From an uncultured archaeon (GTDB taxonomy: Archaea > Altiarchaeota > Altiarchaeia > JAFGQM01): a stretch of DNA of 64,000 nucleotides. Shown here piece after piece: positions 36,758 to 45,584 of the stretch. The stretch spans positions 176 through 64,175 of the forward strand of contig CAYMNU010000010.1 of the NCBI GenBank assembly GCA_964391885.1. The letters are read 5' to 3'. Both the position numbers and the translations under genes were made by a program. A model generated the notes under the pieces. The model saw only the letters and a program-made list of their open reading frames with translations. It had not been told where the DNA came from and ran no database searches. How positions within the stretch are numbered: the first letter of the stretch is position 1; each line of letters begins with the position of its first letter.

Positions 36758-37462
36758 GAGTGTCTTCTGTATCTCACTAATTGAGTTATTCAAGTTTTTC
36801 TTGTTGTCAAAGCCCCTAGAAAGGCAATCATCCTTTGTAAACTCAATCATGTTAGGGAGTGCGCGCACTACATTATCCACTATAGTTATGTCTGCAGCCT
36901 CTGAAGTGCGTGAGAATGGGTTCAGGTCTATCGCCACTACCCTTTTCCCCCATGCTTTCAAAGCCTCAGTCCTATCGCCGTCTTCGAGCATCACCAGTAC
37001 GACATCCGCCTTTGCAATGCCTTCTGGATCCACCCTGCCGCGTGCAGAATCGAGATTCGGGACATTAGCCTTCTCACCATTACCATAGACTTTTTCAGCA
37101 CCGGCGAGCTTAAGTATGGCTGCAATGCTATCCTCACGCTCTTTTGACCAATAAAAAAGGTTGATTTCAATTTTTGAATTGGTAAGTTCTGCAAGCTTAA
37201 CGACCTCCTTGGCGCATAATGCTGCCACATTGCCGTTGACTGAAATAACCGGGCTTTCGGCAGACTTAAGAAGACATATGGCAGCCTTTTCGGCATCCAG
37301 CGCCGATTTGCTGCTCTTCTCACCAATAAGATAATCAAAGGCTTCGCCCCTTCCTTGTGCAATCATGCCTGTGGGGGTAACATACCCAGAGTTAACACCT
37401 ACCTCTATAAGATGCCTTTGCATCAGGGATTGATACCTAGGATGGGATTTTGGAATGTCCAC
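36749..37462 (-). CDS. 4-phosphopantoate--beta-alanine ligase (archaeal phosphopantothenate synthetase)
   Basis: IPKSHPRYQSL and QGRGEAFDYLIGE motifs of the archaeal PPS (COG1701) family. Confidence 0.8.
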   Translation of the reverse strand: MDIPKSHPRYQSLMQRHLIEVGVNSGYVTPTGMIAQGRGEAFDYLIGEKSSKSALDAEKAAICLLKSAESPVISVNGNVAALCAKEVVKLAELTNSKIEINLFYWSKEREDSIAAILKLAGAEKVYGNGEKANVPNLDSARGRVDPEGIAKADVVLVMLEDGDRTEALKAWGKRVVAIDLNPFSRTSEAADITIVDNVVRALPNMIEFTKDDCLSRGFDNKKNLNNSISEIQKTLSL

Positions 37463-37505
37463 ACGCCTTTTTGAGTTTTTTACCTTAAAAAGACCAAAAT
37501 AAGCA

Positions 37506-38021
37506 ATGAAAACCGCTCTTCTAATCGGCCGCTACCAACCCTTCCACAACGGGCATCTGGAAGTGGTGAAGGAGATTCTGAATGAATGCGAGCTTCTGAT
37601 AATAGCCGTGGGCAGCGCTCAGTATAGCCACACTAGGGAAAACCCTTTTTCAGGGGGGGAACGACTTGGGATGATATCCGCCGCATTGGCAGGCGCGGAC
37701 ATACCGCTGCACAGATATATGATTGTCCCGATTCCCGACATTAACAATAACTCACTTTGGGTGGCGCATCTTAAAACATATTGCCCCCCTTTTGATGTCG
37801 CATATACGAGGAATCCCCTTTCCAAAAGGCTTTTTGAAGAAAGCAATGTGAGGGTCAAGGAGCAGCCCCTTTATGACCGAGTAAAGTACAGTGGGACTGC
37901 TATTCGTGAAAAAATGATAGAAGACGGGAATTGGGAATGCTTGGTACCCAGAGGGGTTTCAGACGAAATAAAGAGAATAGATGGGATTATGAGACTAAAA
38001 TCAGTCATAGGCACAGATTAA
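37506..38021 (+). CDS. nadM: Nicotinamide-nucleotide adenylyltransferase (archaeal NadM type)
   Basis: GRYQPFHNGHLEVV (HxGH) and SGTAIREKM; 171 aa. Confidence 0.85.
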   Translation: MKTALLIGRYQPFHNGHLEVVKEILNECELLIIAVGSAQYSHTRENPFSGGERLGMISAALAGADIPLHRYMIVPIPDINNNSLWVAHLKTYCPPFDVAYTRNPLSKRLFEESNVRVKEQPLYDRVKYSGTAIREKMIEDGNWECLVPRGVSDEIKRIDGIMRLKSVIGTD

Positions 38022-38033
38022 AGGGTGAATAAA

Positions 38034-38414
38034 ATGCCGGGAAGACCAAATAGGAGAAGGGCTGTGGATGCGCACCATGTAGGGGAGATATTAAGAAGTC
38101 CTTTGGATAAAGTCCTGCTTAGGAATAGGTCTGCCTTCTTTGTAATGCGAGACGGGTCTATCAGGTATTTTCAAAGGGGCGTACCTCATCGGGATGCTAT
38201 AAGGCATGTAGATCCCAAACATATAGAAGGTGCTGGTGCAGTCAGAGTAGTGAGGGAGAATATGATAGGTATTGAAAAACAATCTAACCAGCTTGGACAT
38301 CTTCCAAAGACCTCGCAAGAAGCTGCCGAAGATGCGAAACTCCACGTCAAGGAGCAGTTGAAGGCTATAAGGGGCGACAGGGCTTTGGACGGCGTTTACT
38401 TTGGCGAGCTATAA
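38034..38414 (+). CDS. Hypothetical basic protein (paralogue A)
   Basis: ATG at 38034 with GGGTGA 6 nt upstream. MPGRPNRRRAVDAHHVGEIL...SAFFVMRDGSIRYFQRGV. No family recognised. Confidence 0.45.
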   Translation: MPGRPNRRRAVDAHHVGEILRSPLDKVLLRNRSAFFVMRDGSIRYFQRGVPHRDAIRHVDPKHIEGAGAVRVVRENMIGIEKQSNQLGHLPKTSQEAAEDAKLHVKEQLKAIRGDRALDGVYFGEL

Positions 38415-38467
38415 GAGCGATATTTTAATGCCTTTATTATCAATTATTAAAAGCGCAACCTAGGAAA

Positions 38468-39034
38468 ATGAGACCACCAAAACCAATAAAACACGAACAA
38501 GCCCAGAGGAATAAAGGTAAGAATACCGGTAGGACATCAAGCGGACGCGCAGACATCAGGGCTAAGGGCGCCTCAAGGCCTCTTGTAGCACCTAATGGTC
38601 ATGCTTCCAGGCGACCAAACATAAACAAAGGCATCGCAGGAAGTGGCAATATACTCCAGATTATGAAGGAAAGACTGGGGCCTGCCGAAACAATTTCTGT
38701 TGCTCTTCTCATAGACAAAGGTGGCAATGTTCACGTAACAAGGCCCGGTGTAAGGGCAAGTGTTGACAGGGCTAGGATGGGCCTCAAGACATCAGAAGCT
38801 AAAAAAGTTGCGAATGCTTGGGTTGGGCCAGCCAACGGACGGGAAGGTAGGCAACTTTTTGTCCGCTTTGTTGATAAAGAGCATCAGAAGGAACATGGTG
38901 GTGTAGTACTTACTCGCCTTGGAGAAACGATCTCACGATTCAGGGGCGCAAGAGTTGTAGAGTCGGGGAGTTTCTTGCCGGGCCATATCACCAAAACCCA
39001 AAAAAATAGAAAGGAACGTATTAGCGGGCAGTGA
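38468..39034 (+). CDS. Hypothetical basic protein (paralogue B) with disordered Arg/Lys-rich N-terminus
   Basis: 188 aa. ...GNILQIMKERL...SVALLIDKGGNVHVTRPGV aligns by eye to the upstream ORF. 14-nt convergent overlap with gatA. Confidence 0.45.
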   Translation: MRPPKPIKHEQAQRNKGKNTGRTSSGRADIRAKGASRPLVAPNGHASRRPNINKGIAGSGNILQIMKERLGPAETISVALLIDKGGNVHVTRPGVRASVDRARMGLKTSEAKKVANAWVGPANGREGRQLFVRFVDKEHQKEHGGVVLTRLGETISRFRGARVVESGSFLPGHITKTQKNRKERISGQ

Positions 39035-40310
39035 TCGATTCAAAGCCTGCCATAACATCCAGGACCTTTTGATCCTCGAGCGGCCTGCCGATTACTTGCA
39101 AGCCATTTGGGATTCCATTTATGTCACCAGCGGGAACTGAACCTGCAGGAACGCCCGCAAGGTTCGCAGGGACTGTGAATATGTCGTAAGCATAATTTAT
39201 TTTTGGGTCTGTAGTTTTCTCAGTGAGTTTGCGCGGTAGCGTTGGGACAACGGGGCCCACGAGAACATCCACATCCTTAAGCGCTTTCATAAGCTCGTTT
39301 CTAATGACTGATCGTGCCTGAAGGCCTTTCCTGTAAAACTTGCCTTGCCATTCAGCTTGCGAGATATAGCTTCCGAGCATTATCCTCCTTAGGACTTCCT
39401 CGCCGCAGTTCTCTTCGATTTTATAGCCATATCTGCGACCGTCATATTTTCTTGTAGCGGAGAAGAATTCCACATAAACGTTGAGGTAATACGTGGGGAT
39501 TGCTTTGTCTAAGGAGGGCAATCCAACATCGATAATTTTTGCGCCGGCATCCTTTAATTTTTCTAAGGCTGTGTGAATGTGCTCACGAATGCCAGGATCA
39601 ACAATGAGTTCATCGAATTCCCGGAGGTATCCCAATTTCTTGCCGTTGATATCTGTGTTGAGATTCTTTGAGAAATCACCTTTGAGATCAAGAGTTGTAG
39701 CATCCTTAATGTCTTTGCCGGAGATAACATCAAGTAGAAGTGCAGCATCACTTACAGTATTCGCAATCGGGCATATCTGCTCAAGGCTCATTGCCATGTC
39801 GCATGCGCCGTAGCGAGAAACAGTGCCGTAGGTGGGCTTGAAGCCCACTGCGCCGCAGTAGCAGGCAGGGTTTCTTGTCGAGCCACCAGTGTCAGTCCCC
39901 AATGCCATATCAGCGTAGCCTGCGGCAACCGCGGCAGCAGAGCCAGATGAAGAGCCGCCGGAGATTCGCCCCGAGGCTCTCGGGTTCTCAGTTGGCCCGT
40001 AGTAAGAAGAATCACCAGTCGCTCCGCAGGCAAACTCGTCCATGTTGGCCATACTTAGGATAATGCCTCCTTCTTTTTTTATTCTCTCAATGACTGTAGC
40101 ATCATAAGGTGCGACATAGTTCTCGAGGGTCTTCGATGCCCAGGAGGTGAGACAGCCTTCAACATTGATGCATGATTTTATCGCAAATACCTTGCCTGCG
40201 AGCCGGCCTTTGCTATTTTTAGCCTGTTCTCTTGCTTTCTCGGGATATTTTTTGATTAATGCATTGAACATATCCTTCTTGTCCAGCAACTTTTCTAGGT
40301 GTTCACTCAT
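39021..40310 (-). CDS. gatA: Glu/Asp-tRNA amidotransferase subunit A (amidase signature family)
   Basis: GGSSSGSAAAVAAG and DTGGSTRNPA; 429 aa. Preceded by a gatC-size gene with an ATGA overlap. Confidence 0.85.
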   Translation of the reverse strand: MSEHLEKLLDKKDMFNALIKKYPEKAREQAKNSKGRLAGKVFAIKSCINVEGCLTSWASKTLENYVAPYDATVIERIKKEGGIILSMANMDEFACGATGDSSYYGPTENPRASGRISGGSSSGSAAAVAAGYADMALGTDTGGSTRNPACYCGAVGFKPTYGTVSRYGACDMAMSLEQICPIANTVSDAALLLDVISGKDIKDATTLDLKGDFSKNLNTDINGKKLGYLREFDELIVDPGIREHIHTALEKLKDAGAKIIDVGLPSLDKAIPTYYLNVYVEFFSATRKYDGRRYGYKIEENCGEEVLRRIMLGSYISQAEWQGKFYRKGLQARSVIRNELMKALKDVDVLVGPVVPTLPRKLTEKTTDPKINYAYDIFTVPANLAGVPAGSVPAGDINGIPNGLQVIGRPLEDQKVLDVMAGFESITAR

Positions 40311-40534
40311 CTTTTTTTCTCCACCCTAACATAGCCATAGTCCCAGCCCGGGGCGAGCTTTTCAAACTTGCTGCGGAAGGCGGGATCGCAATGACCTGCA
40401 TCATCCCGGCGGGTTACGTTCTTTAGGTCGACGACATAATGGGTCTCGTCGGTCTCGGGAACCCCTTTAAGTTTATCAGAGAACTCCTCTAGAAGCTTTT
40501 TACCTTCTGCTAATATCCGTCCTTCATCTGGCAT
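40307..40534 (-). CDS. gatC: Probable amidotransferase subunit C
   Basis: 75 aa, translationally coupled upstream of gatA. ...DLKNVTRRDD... fits the GatC pattern loosely. Confidence 0.55.
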   Translation of the reverse strand: MPDEGRILAEGKKLLEEFSDKLKGVPETDETHYVVDLKNVTRRDDAGHCDPAFRSKFEKLAPGWDYGYVRVEKKR

Positions 40535-40557
40535 AGGATAATTATAGCAAGAAGGAA

Positions 40558-41421
40558 TTAAAGCCTGCTTTCCAGGAACATGGTCAGATAGTCTTTTCTA
40601 CCTGCTTTCTTGGCTTTTTCCTTAAAACCTTGTTTCTTGGCTAGCCTATCAAGAGCCTTGTGCATGCCGCTGCCGTACTGGGCAGCTTTTTTCGGCCTCC
40701 AGACTATGTCTTTTGGCAAAATCTCTTCGGCTGCTTTCTTTTCGCAGAACTTTCGTATAATATACTTTCCATCGTGCGACTCATGCGCATATTCGGGCTT
40801 TGTTTCTCCAGACCATAATCGCTCTATTACAGGGATGGAAAGCCCGTATTCAACAAACCCGCTATCAAGAAAGGGGTTTCGTAGCTCGATTCCATTGTGT
40901 GCACATATAGCCCTGTCTATCTTTATTATCCTATCTTTCAAATCCAGGCTGTCAAACTCCAATAGCTTCTCCAGCTCAGGATATCCCTTCTCAAACAATA
41001 GTGGGACATATCTAGCATAACCTCCGAACATCTCATCCGGCCCCTGGCCGGAGAGCATGACTTTCAGGCCGTCAGTTTTTGCTGCCATGGAGGCAAAATA
41101 GGTAGGCAGTTCTGCACCCACGCGCACTGGGCTAATAAAACCCTCTTCTTTTTTGATTATAAGTAACAGCTTATCTAATGCGGACTCGACGTCGTCGTCG
41201 CTTAATGTGATTATCTCATGGCTAAAGTCGGCTTTGAGCTGTTTTGCAAAGGGTATATCACTGGCGCCTTCGGTGCCTATGGTATAAGCAGTCACATTGC
41301 AATGCCGTGCCGCAAGGGCCGCTAGAAGGCTCGAATCCACGCCGCCGGAATAGATGACACCAGTATCGTTCTCGCACATCGCTTTCACTATGCAGTCCAG
41401 TTTTTCAAGGAATTCATTCAT
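40558..41421 (-). CDS. Asparagine-synthase-like ATP pyrophosphatase domain protein (no glutaminase domain)
   Basis: YSGGVDSSLLAA PP-loop. 287 aa, corresponding only to the AsnB C-terminal synthetase domain. Confidence 0.7.
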   Translation of the reverse strand: MNEFLEKLDCIVKAMCENDTGVIYSGGVDSSLLAALAARHCNVTAYTIGTEGASDIPFAKQLKADFSHEIITLSDDDVESALDKLLLIIKKEEGFISPVRVGAELPTYFASMAAKTDGLKVMLSGQGPDEMFGGYARYVPLLFEKGYPELEKLLEFDSLDLKDRIIKIDRAICAHNGIELRNPFLDSGFVEYGLSIPVIERLWSGETKPEYAHESHDGKYIIRKFCEKKAAEEILPKDIVWRPKKAAQYGSGMHKALDRLAKKQGFKEKAKKAGRKDYLTMFLESRL

Positions 41422-41496
41422 TGCAGTATTTTTTAAGTTCCGACTATAAAATTAGTATCCAAGTATCGCATCTAGAGCCCATATGCGACCCCTGAT

Positions 41497-41811
41497 ATGC
41501 CCAGACACCGAAGAAGCGAGGTTTTGCCCCAAAGGCTATTGGATGCGATTAAGGCTAGCCCTGAGCATAGTTTTTTGGGCAGGGTACACTTTATTCGAGG
41601 AGGGGGCTTGCAAGGGGCCAGGGTAGGCCTTCTAAAACCTAAGAATATAAAAACAGCCAGTGGAAAGGCAGTAGATGTACAGTATACACTCTCTGAGCAT
41701 GTTATAACAAGAGTCGAGTTCTTGCGCGAGGAAATAGCCAAGCCTCTTCACATTGCTCATTTCAACCCTGAGAATGGGATCAAGCTAGGCACTGCATTGG
41801 ATCTTTACTGA
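41497..41811 (+). CDS. Hypothetical protein
   Basis: 104-aa ORF of non-repetitive composition. A competing antisense ORF at 41472..41741 looks less protein-like. No family recognised. Confidence 0.35.
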   Translation: MPRHRRSEVLPQRLLDAIKASPEHSFLGRVHFIRGGGLQGARVGLLKPKNIKTASGKAVDVQYTLSEHVITRVEFLREEIAKPLHIAHFNPENGIKLGTALDLY

Positions 41812-41934
41812 AAGCATTTGATTCCGGCAGCATGAAGCTTTTTATACAGAACCCTTCAAAATACCCGCCGGGGCTTGCATCGATTGGTGCAAAGCTTATG
41901 GCTTGCGAAACGCGGGTTTTTGCCCGAACAAGAA

Positions 41935-42228
41935 ATGAACTTTGAAGACGAGATAAAAAAGGTCCTAAAGGACGGCGAGCTTATAATCGGCGATAAGCAG
42001 GTTAAAAAAGCCCTTCTTTCCGGCAAGGCTAAAATGGTAATCGTGGCGTCAAACGCATCAGACGCGATAAAGCAAGACATGTCAAGATATGCACAGCTTT
42101 CCGAAATCAAATACTATGAGTACCCAGACAGTTCAACAGAGCTAGGGTATAAATGCGCAAAACCGTTCCCTGTATTGACTATAGCCATAAAGAATGAAGG
42201 CGGAAGTGACATTCTCAAACTGGTCTGA
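41935..42228 (+). CDS. rpl30e: 50S ribosomal protein L30e (eL30)
   Basis: KKALLSGKAKMVIVASNASDAIKQDMSRYAQLSEI...ELGYKCAKPFPV. ATG at 41935 preferred. Confidence 0.85.
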   Translation: MNFEDEIKKVLKDGELIIGDKQVKKALLSGKAKMVIVASNASDAIKQDMSRYAQLSEIKYYEYPDSSTELGYKCAKPFPVLTIAIKNEGGSDILKLV

Positions 42229-42230
42229 CG

Positions 42231-42629
42231 ATGCTTCTTAACACCAGGGACCTTCAGCTAATGAGCGCATTTGAGGATATAACTAAGTCTAGGGTAAGTG
42301 ATTGCTTTGAATTTGAGGATGTTATAGCCTTTATAGTTGAGAAGGGCGAACTTGGCAAAGCGATAGGCAAGGGCGGTGCAAACATCGCCGAAGCAAGAAA
42401 AAAACTTAGAAAGAGGATTGCAGTATTTGAAGATTCAGAAAACCCGAGAGAATTTATAGAAAAGGCGTGTTCGCCCGTTAAAGTCAGCGTCATGGTTACG
42501 GAAAATTATGTCAAGATAGATGCACCAAGGGGGCAAAGAGATGATATTGCCGGCAAGCAGATACGCCTAATAAAAGAGCTGGTCAAGAGAAGACTAAAAG
42601 TAGACCGGATAGATTTCACATTTGTTTAA
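42231..42629 (+). CDS. nusA: Archaeal NusA-like KH-domain transcription termination/antitermination protein
   Basis: GKAIGKGGANIAEARKKL (KH GxxG); conserved position after L30e. Confidence 0.8.
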   Translation: MLLNTRDLQLMSAFEDITKSRVSDCFEFEDVIAFIVEKGELGKAIGKGGANIAEARKKLRKRIAVFEDSENPREFIEKACSPVKVSVMVTENYVKIDAPRGQRDDIAGKQIRLIKELVKRRLKVDRIDFTFV

Positions 42630-42659
42630 CACCAAACAAGGCAACTGCAGACACCAGGA

Positions 42660-43688
42660 CTAATTAAGTTCACCGGCCCTTTTGACAAATTCTAATGCGA
42701 GCTCGCTGGCCTTTTTCATATCATCCAGATTAGCAATGCTGCTCGGGGAGTGAATATAGCGTGTAGGTACGGATATGCCTCCGCTCATTATCCCCGCATT
42801 GCTCATGTATATAATGGCCCCGTCAGTCATGCCGCCCTTGGTAGCCTCCAACTGGTAAGGTATTTTAGCATCTCTGGCACACTGCACCATTAGCCGCTTA
42901 ACCTTGGGAGAGGGAACCATGCCCCTTCCACTTGACTCGATGACTGTGATGCACGGGCCGCCGCCCATCTTGATTGCAGTCTCGTTCTCGCTAATATCGG
43001 GTACATCGCCGGATATGCTGACATCCAGTGCTACGGCGACGTCTGGATCTATGCTAAATGCAGAGGTGCGTGCGCCCTTCAGACCCAATTCCTCTTGGAC
43101 TGTCGCGACGCCATAGAGGGTGCCCTTGAAATCCTTCAGGTTTTTCATAACCTCAATCAATACTGCACAGCCTATCCTATTATCCAAGGCTTTTGCCATT
43201 ACATTCTTACCTAGCTGGACAAATGAAGTATCAAAGACCACGGGATCGCCTATTTGTACGCGCTTTAGGGTCTCATCTTTATCCAATCCAGTATCTATAT
43301 ACATCTCATCCAGCTTTATTTTCTTCTTGGACTCCTCATCCTTTTTTAGGTGGGGGGGCTTGAAGCCTATTGTCCCGGGGATGGGGCCCTTTTCAGTGAG
43401 TATTTTCACCCTTGCGGCCGGGAGCGTCTCATCATCTATACCCCCTATTTCAATAAACCTTATGAATCCCTTTTCGTCTATGTGCTTGACTAATAGGCCT
43501 ATTTCATCCATATGGGCAGCTAGCATTATCTTCGGGCTTCCGCTGCCTTTTTTACAGACTACATTGCCGAACTTATCGACACTGGTTTCGCCGTATTTGC
43601 CCAATTCCTTGAGCATTATAGAGCTTACCTCATCCTCATATCCGCTGATACCCGAAGCATTGCAAAGCTTTTCAAGAAGGTCTTTCAT
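42660..43688 (-). CDS. M42-family (TET/FrvX) aminopeptidase
   Basis: GISGYEDEV, AHMDEIG and VQEELGLKGA. The ATG at 43688 (MKDLLEKL) is preferred to the 43898 start. Confidence 0.85.
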   Translation of the reverse strand: MKDLLEKLCNASGISGYEDEVSSIMLKELGKYGETSVDKFGNVVCKKGSGSPKIMLAAHMDEIGLLVKHIDEKGFIRFIEIGGIDDETLPAARVKILTEKGPIPGTIGFKPPHLKKDEESKKKIKLDEMYIDTGLDKDETLKRVQIGDPVVFDTSFVQLGKNVMAKALDNRIGCAVLIEVMKNLKDFKGTLYGVATVQEELGLKGARTSAFSIDPDVAVALDVSISGDVPDISENETAIKMGGGPCITVIESSGRGMVPSPKVKRLMVQCARDAKIPYQLEATKGGMTDGAIIYMSNAGIMSGGISVPTRYIHSPSSIANLDDMKKASELALEFVKRAGELN

Positions 43689-43731
43689 CTTAAACTCCGC
43701 TATTTTTGAAAGGCTAGCATGAAAAATAAGA

Positions 43732-44640
43732 ATGATTAAAATCCAGTTTCTTGGAACATCGGGCTCGGTACCCACGGAGTCGCGAGGCATGCCTGCGGTG
43801 TATCTTGAGTACAACGGCAGCAAAATGCTGTTTGATTGCGGGGAAGGGACGCAGCGCCAGATGAGGATAGCAAAAATACCCTTCATGAAGCTGGACAAGG
43901 TATTCCTCTCGCATTTTCATGCAGACCATTGTCTGGGGCTCGGCGGCTTGATACAAACTATGGATTTGTTCAGGCGCAGCAAGAAGCTTGAGATATACGG
44001 TCCCAAGGGCATACATGATGTCGTGGAAAAAGTTATAAGCACGGGACATTTCATCCTCGAGGGGTTCGACCTTGAGATAAATGAGGTAAATGTGAAGGGC
44101 GTTCAGAAGATAGTTACAGATAAGCAGGGTAGCATTAGTTGCGCCCCCCTAGACCACAACGTGCCGTGCCTGGGGTTCTCTTTTGAAGAAAATGAGAAAC
44201 GGCCGTTCCTTAAACAAAAGGCCCTGGACCTAGGCGTGCCTGAGGGAAGGCTTTTCAAGGCACTCCAGCAGGGCGAGAGCGTGAAAATAGGGAAAACTAC
44301 CATAAAGCCCGACCAGGTGCTTGGGAAGGCAATCCCGGGCAGGAAGGTGACATACATACCCGATACGCGGCCCTGTACTATGGGAATAAAGCTGGCTAAA
44401 GGAAGTGACGTCTTGATACATGAATCAAGCTTCTCTCATGAGATAATAGAGTCTGCAGTCGAGGGCAAGCACACTACTGCAAAGGAGGCTGCTCAAGTTG
44501 CGAAAAAGGCCAATGTGAAGAGCCTTTACCTTAACCACATAAGCCAGCGCTATGCAAATGCAGAAAAACTAGAAAAAGAAGCAAGGGAAGTCTTCCTCGA
44601 TTCTTATGTGGCAAGCGATTTCCAGGTTATTGAGTTGTAA
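43732..44640 (+). CDS. rnz: Ribonuclease Z
   Basis: FLGTSGSVPT and SHFHADHCLGLGGL; 302 aa. Confidence 0.9.
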   Translation: MIKIQFLGTSGSVPTESRGMPAVYLEYNGSKMLFDCGEGTQRQMRIAKIPFMKLDKVFLSHFHADHCLGLGGLIQTMDLFRRSKKLEIYGPKGIHDVVEKVISTGHFILEGFDLEINEVNVKGVQKIVTDKQGSISCAPLDHNVPCLGFSFEENEKRPFLKQKALDLGVPEGRLFKALQQGESVKIGKTTIKPDQVLGKAIPGRKVTYIPDTRPCTMGIKLAKGSDVLIHESSFSHEIIESAVEGKHTTAKEAAQVAKKANVKSLYLNHISQRYANAEKLEKEAREVFLDSYVASDFQVIEL

Positions 44641-45175
44641 TTTGCTGGATCCCCCCGCTCTTGTCGAGGTATATGTCAGCAGTCTTGCCTTCTGAAGTAA
44701 CCTGGCCATGGCAGACTTCCATCCCGTCCAATGTCGTAATGCCGACTATTTCAGCTCTTAGAGAAGGTATCCCAGACCCAGGAGGGCCCTCTGCAAGTGT
44801 AATTACCTGGCCAACCGGGCACCATTCGGAAACAGAAGAACTAAGTTTAGACTCAATAGAATCCAGTTGTGCGGATACTGTGCTTAATGAGGTCTGCACT
44901 TCGACAACCTGGTCATGCATTACCCATAGGGCAGTGACAAAGGTCAGGGATAGCAGGAGTATCGCACCTGCTGTGAGAACATAATAGCTCTTCCATCGCA
45001 TTAAGCCGAGCTCCTCGAACATCCGCAACAAGTCTTCCTTTCCTTCAATCCGCCTCTCTTCGGCCTCTATTGCACACTCTTCTTTCTCTATCTTCTTCAG
45101 AGTATCTTCGATTCTGCGCTCTTCCTGCTCTATTTTTTCAAGAGTGCTTTCCTTTGTCGCTTTTTTAGAGGCCAT
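44627..45175 (-). CDS. Hypothetical membrane protein: coiled-coil N-terminus, one TM, extracytoplasmic C-domain
   Basis: EQEERRIEDTLKKIEKEECAIEAEERRIEG repeats, then the TM segment YYVLTAGAILLLSLTFVTALWV. Confidence 0.5.
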   Translation of the reverse strand: MASKKATKESTLEKIEQEERRIEDTLKKIEKEECAIEAEERRIEGKEDLLRMFEELGLMRWKSYYVLTAGAILLLSLTFVTALWVMHDQVVEVQTSLSTVSAQLDSIESKLSSSVSEWCPVGQVITLAEGPPGSGIPSLRAEIVGITTLDGMEVCHGQVTSEGKTADIYLDKSGGIQQITTQ

Positions 45176-45242
45176 TTTATCTTGATAATCTTATTGAGGG
45201 TCAAATAAAAACCTTTCGTGGGAGTATATTCAAATCCCAATA

Positions 45243-45584
45243 CTATTTATCTATTTGTGCCCACTTCCCATCGCCCTCCCAAACCCTGACTGAGACTATA
45301 TCCATCTCTGGCTTCAGTATATCAAATATCCACAAGGCGATGTTCTCTGCAGTAGGGTTTTTCATTAGCTTATTAAGGTCTTTATGGTCAATGCTCGGCA
45401 TGGTCTTTTCATTGACTATGCGCTTTATTTCTGAGAAGTCGAGAACCATGCCGTTTTCTTTAACTGGCCCTTCGACAACCACCCTTAGTTTATAGGTATG
45501 GCCATGGGGCTCCTCGCAGGGGCTGCCCTTGTCATCAAGTATATAATGCGCAGCATCGAACCTGAACTCTCTTGCTACTTTCAT
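45243..45584 (-). CDS. queD: 6-carboxytetrahydropterin / 6-pyruvoyl-tetrahydropterin synthase family
   Basis: FDAAHYI and CEEPHGHTYKLRV. ATGA overlap with the upstream DRTGG gene. Confidence 0.8.
   Translation of the reverse strand: MKVAREFRFDAAHYILDDKGSPCEEPHGHTYKLRVVVEGPVKENGMVLDFSEIKRIVNEKTMPSIDHKDLNKLMKNPTAENIALWIFDILKPEMDIVSVRVWEGDGKWAQIDK

Noticed and set aside
41472-41811. GC-rich stretch considered as SRP RNA or RNase P RNA (also 31860-32100)
   Set aside because: No conserved RNase P CR-I/CR-V (GAGGAAAGUCC, ACAGAA) or SRP helix-8 motifs were seen on either strand. Open reading frames are a simpler explanation, though they are only weakly supported.
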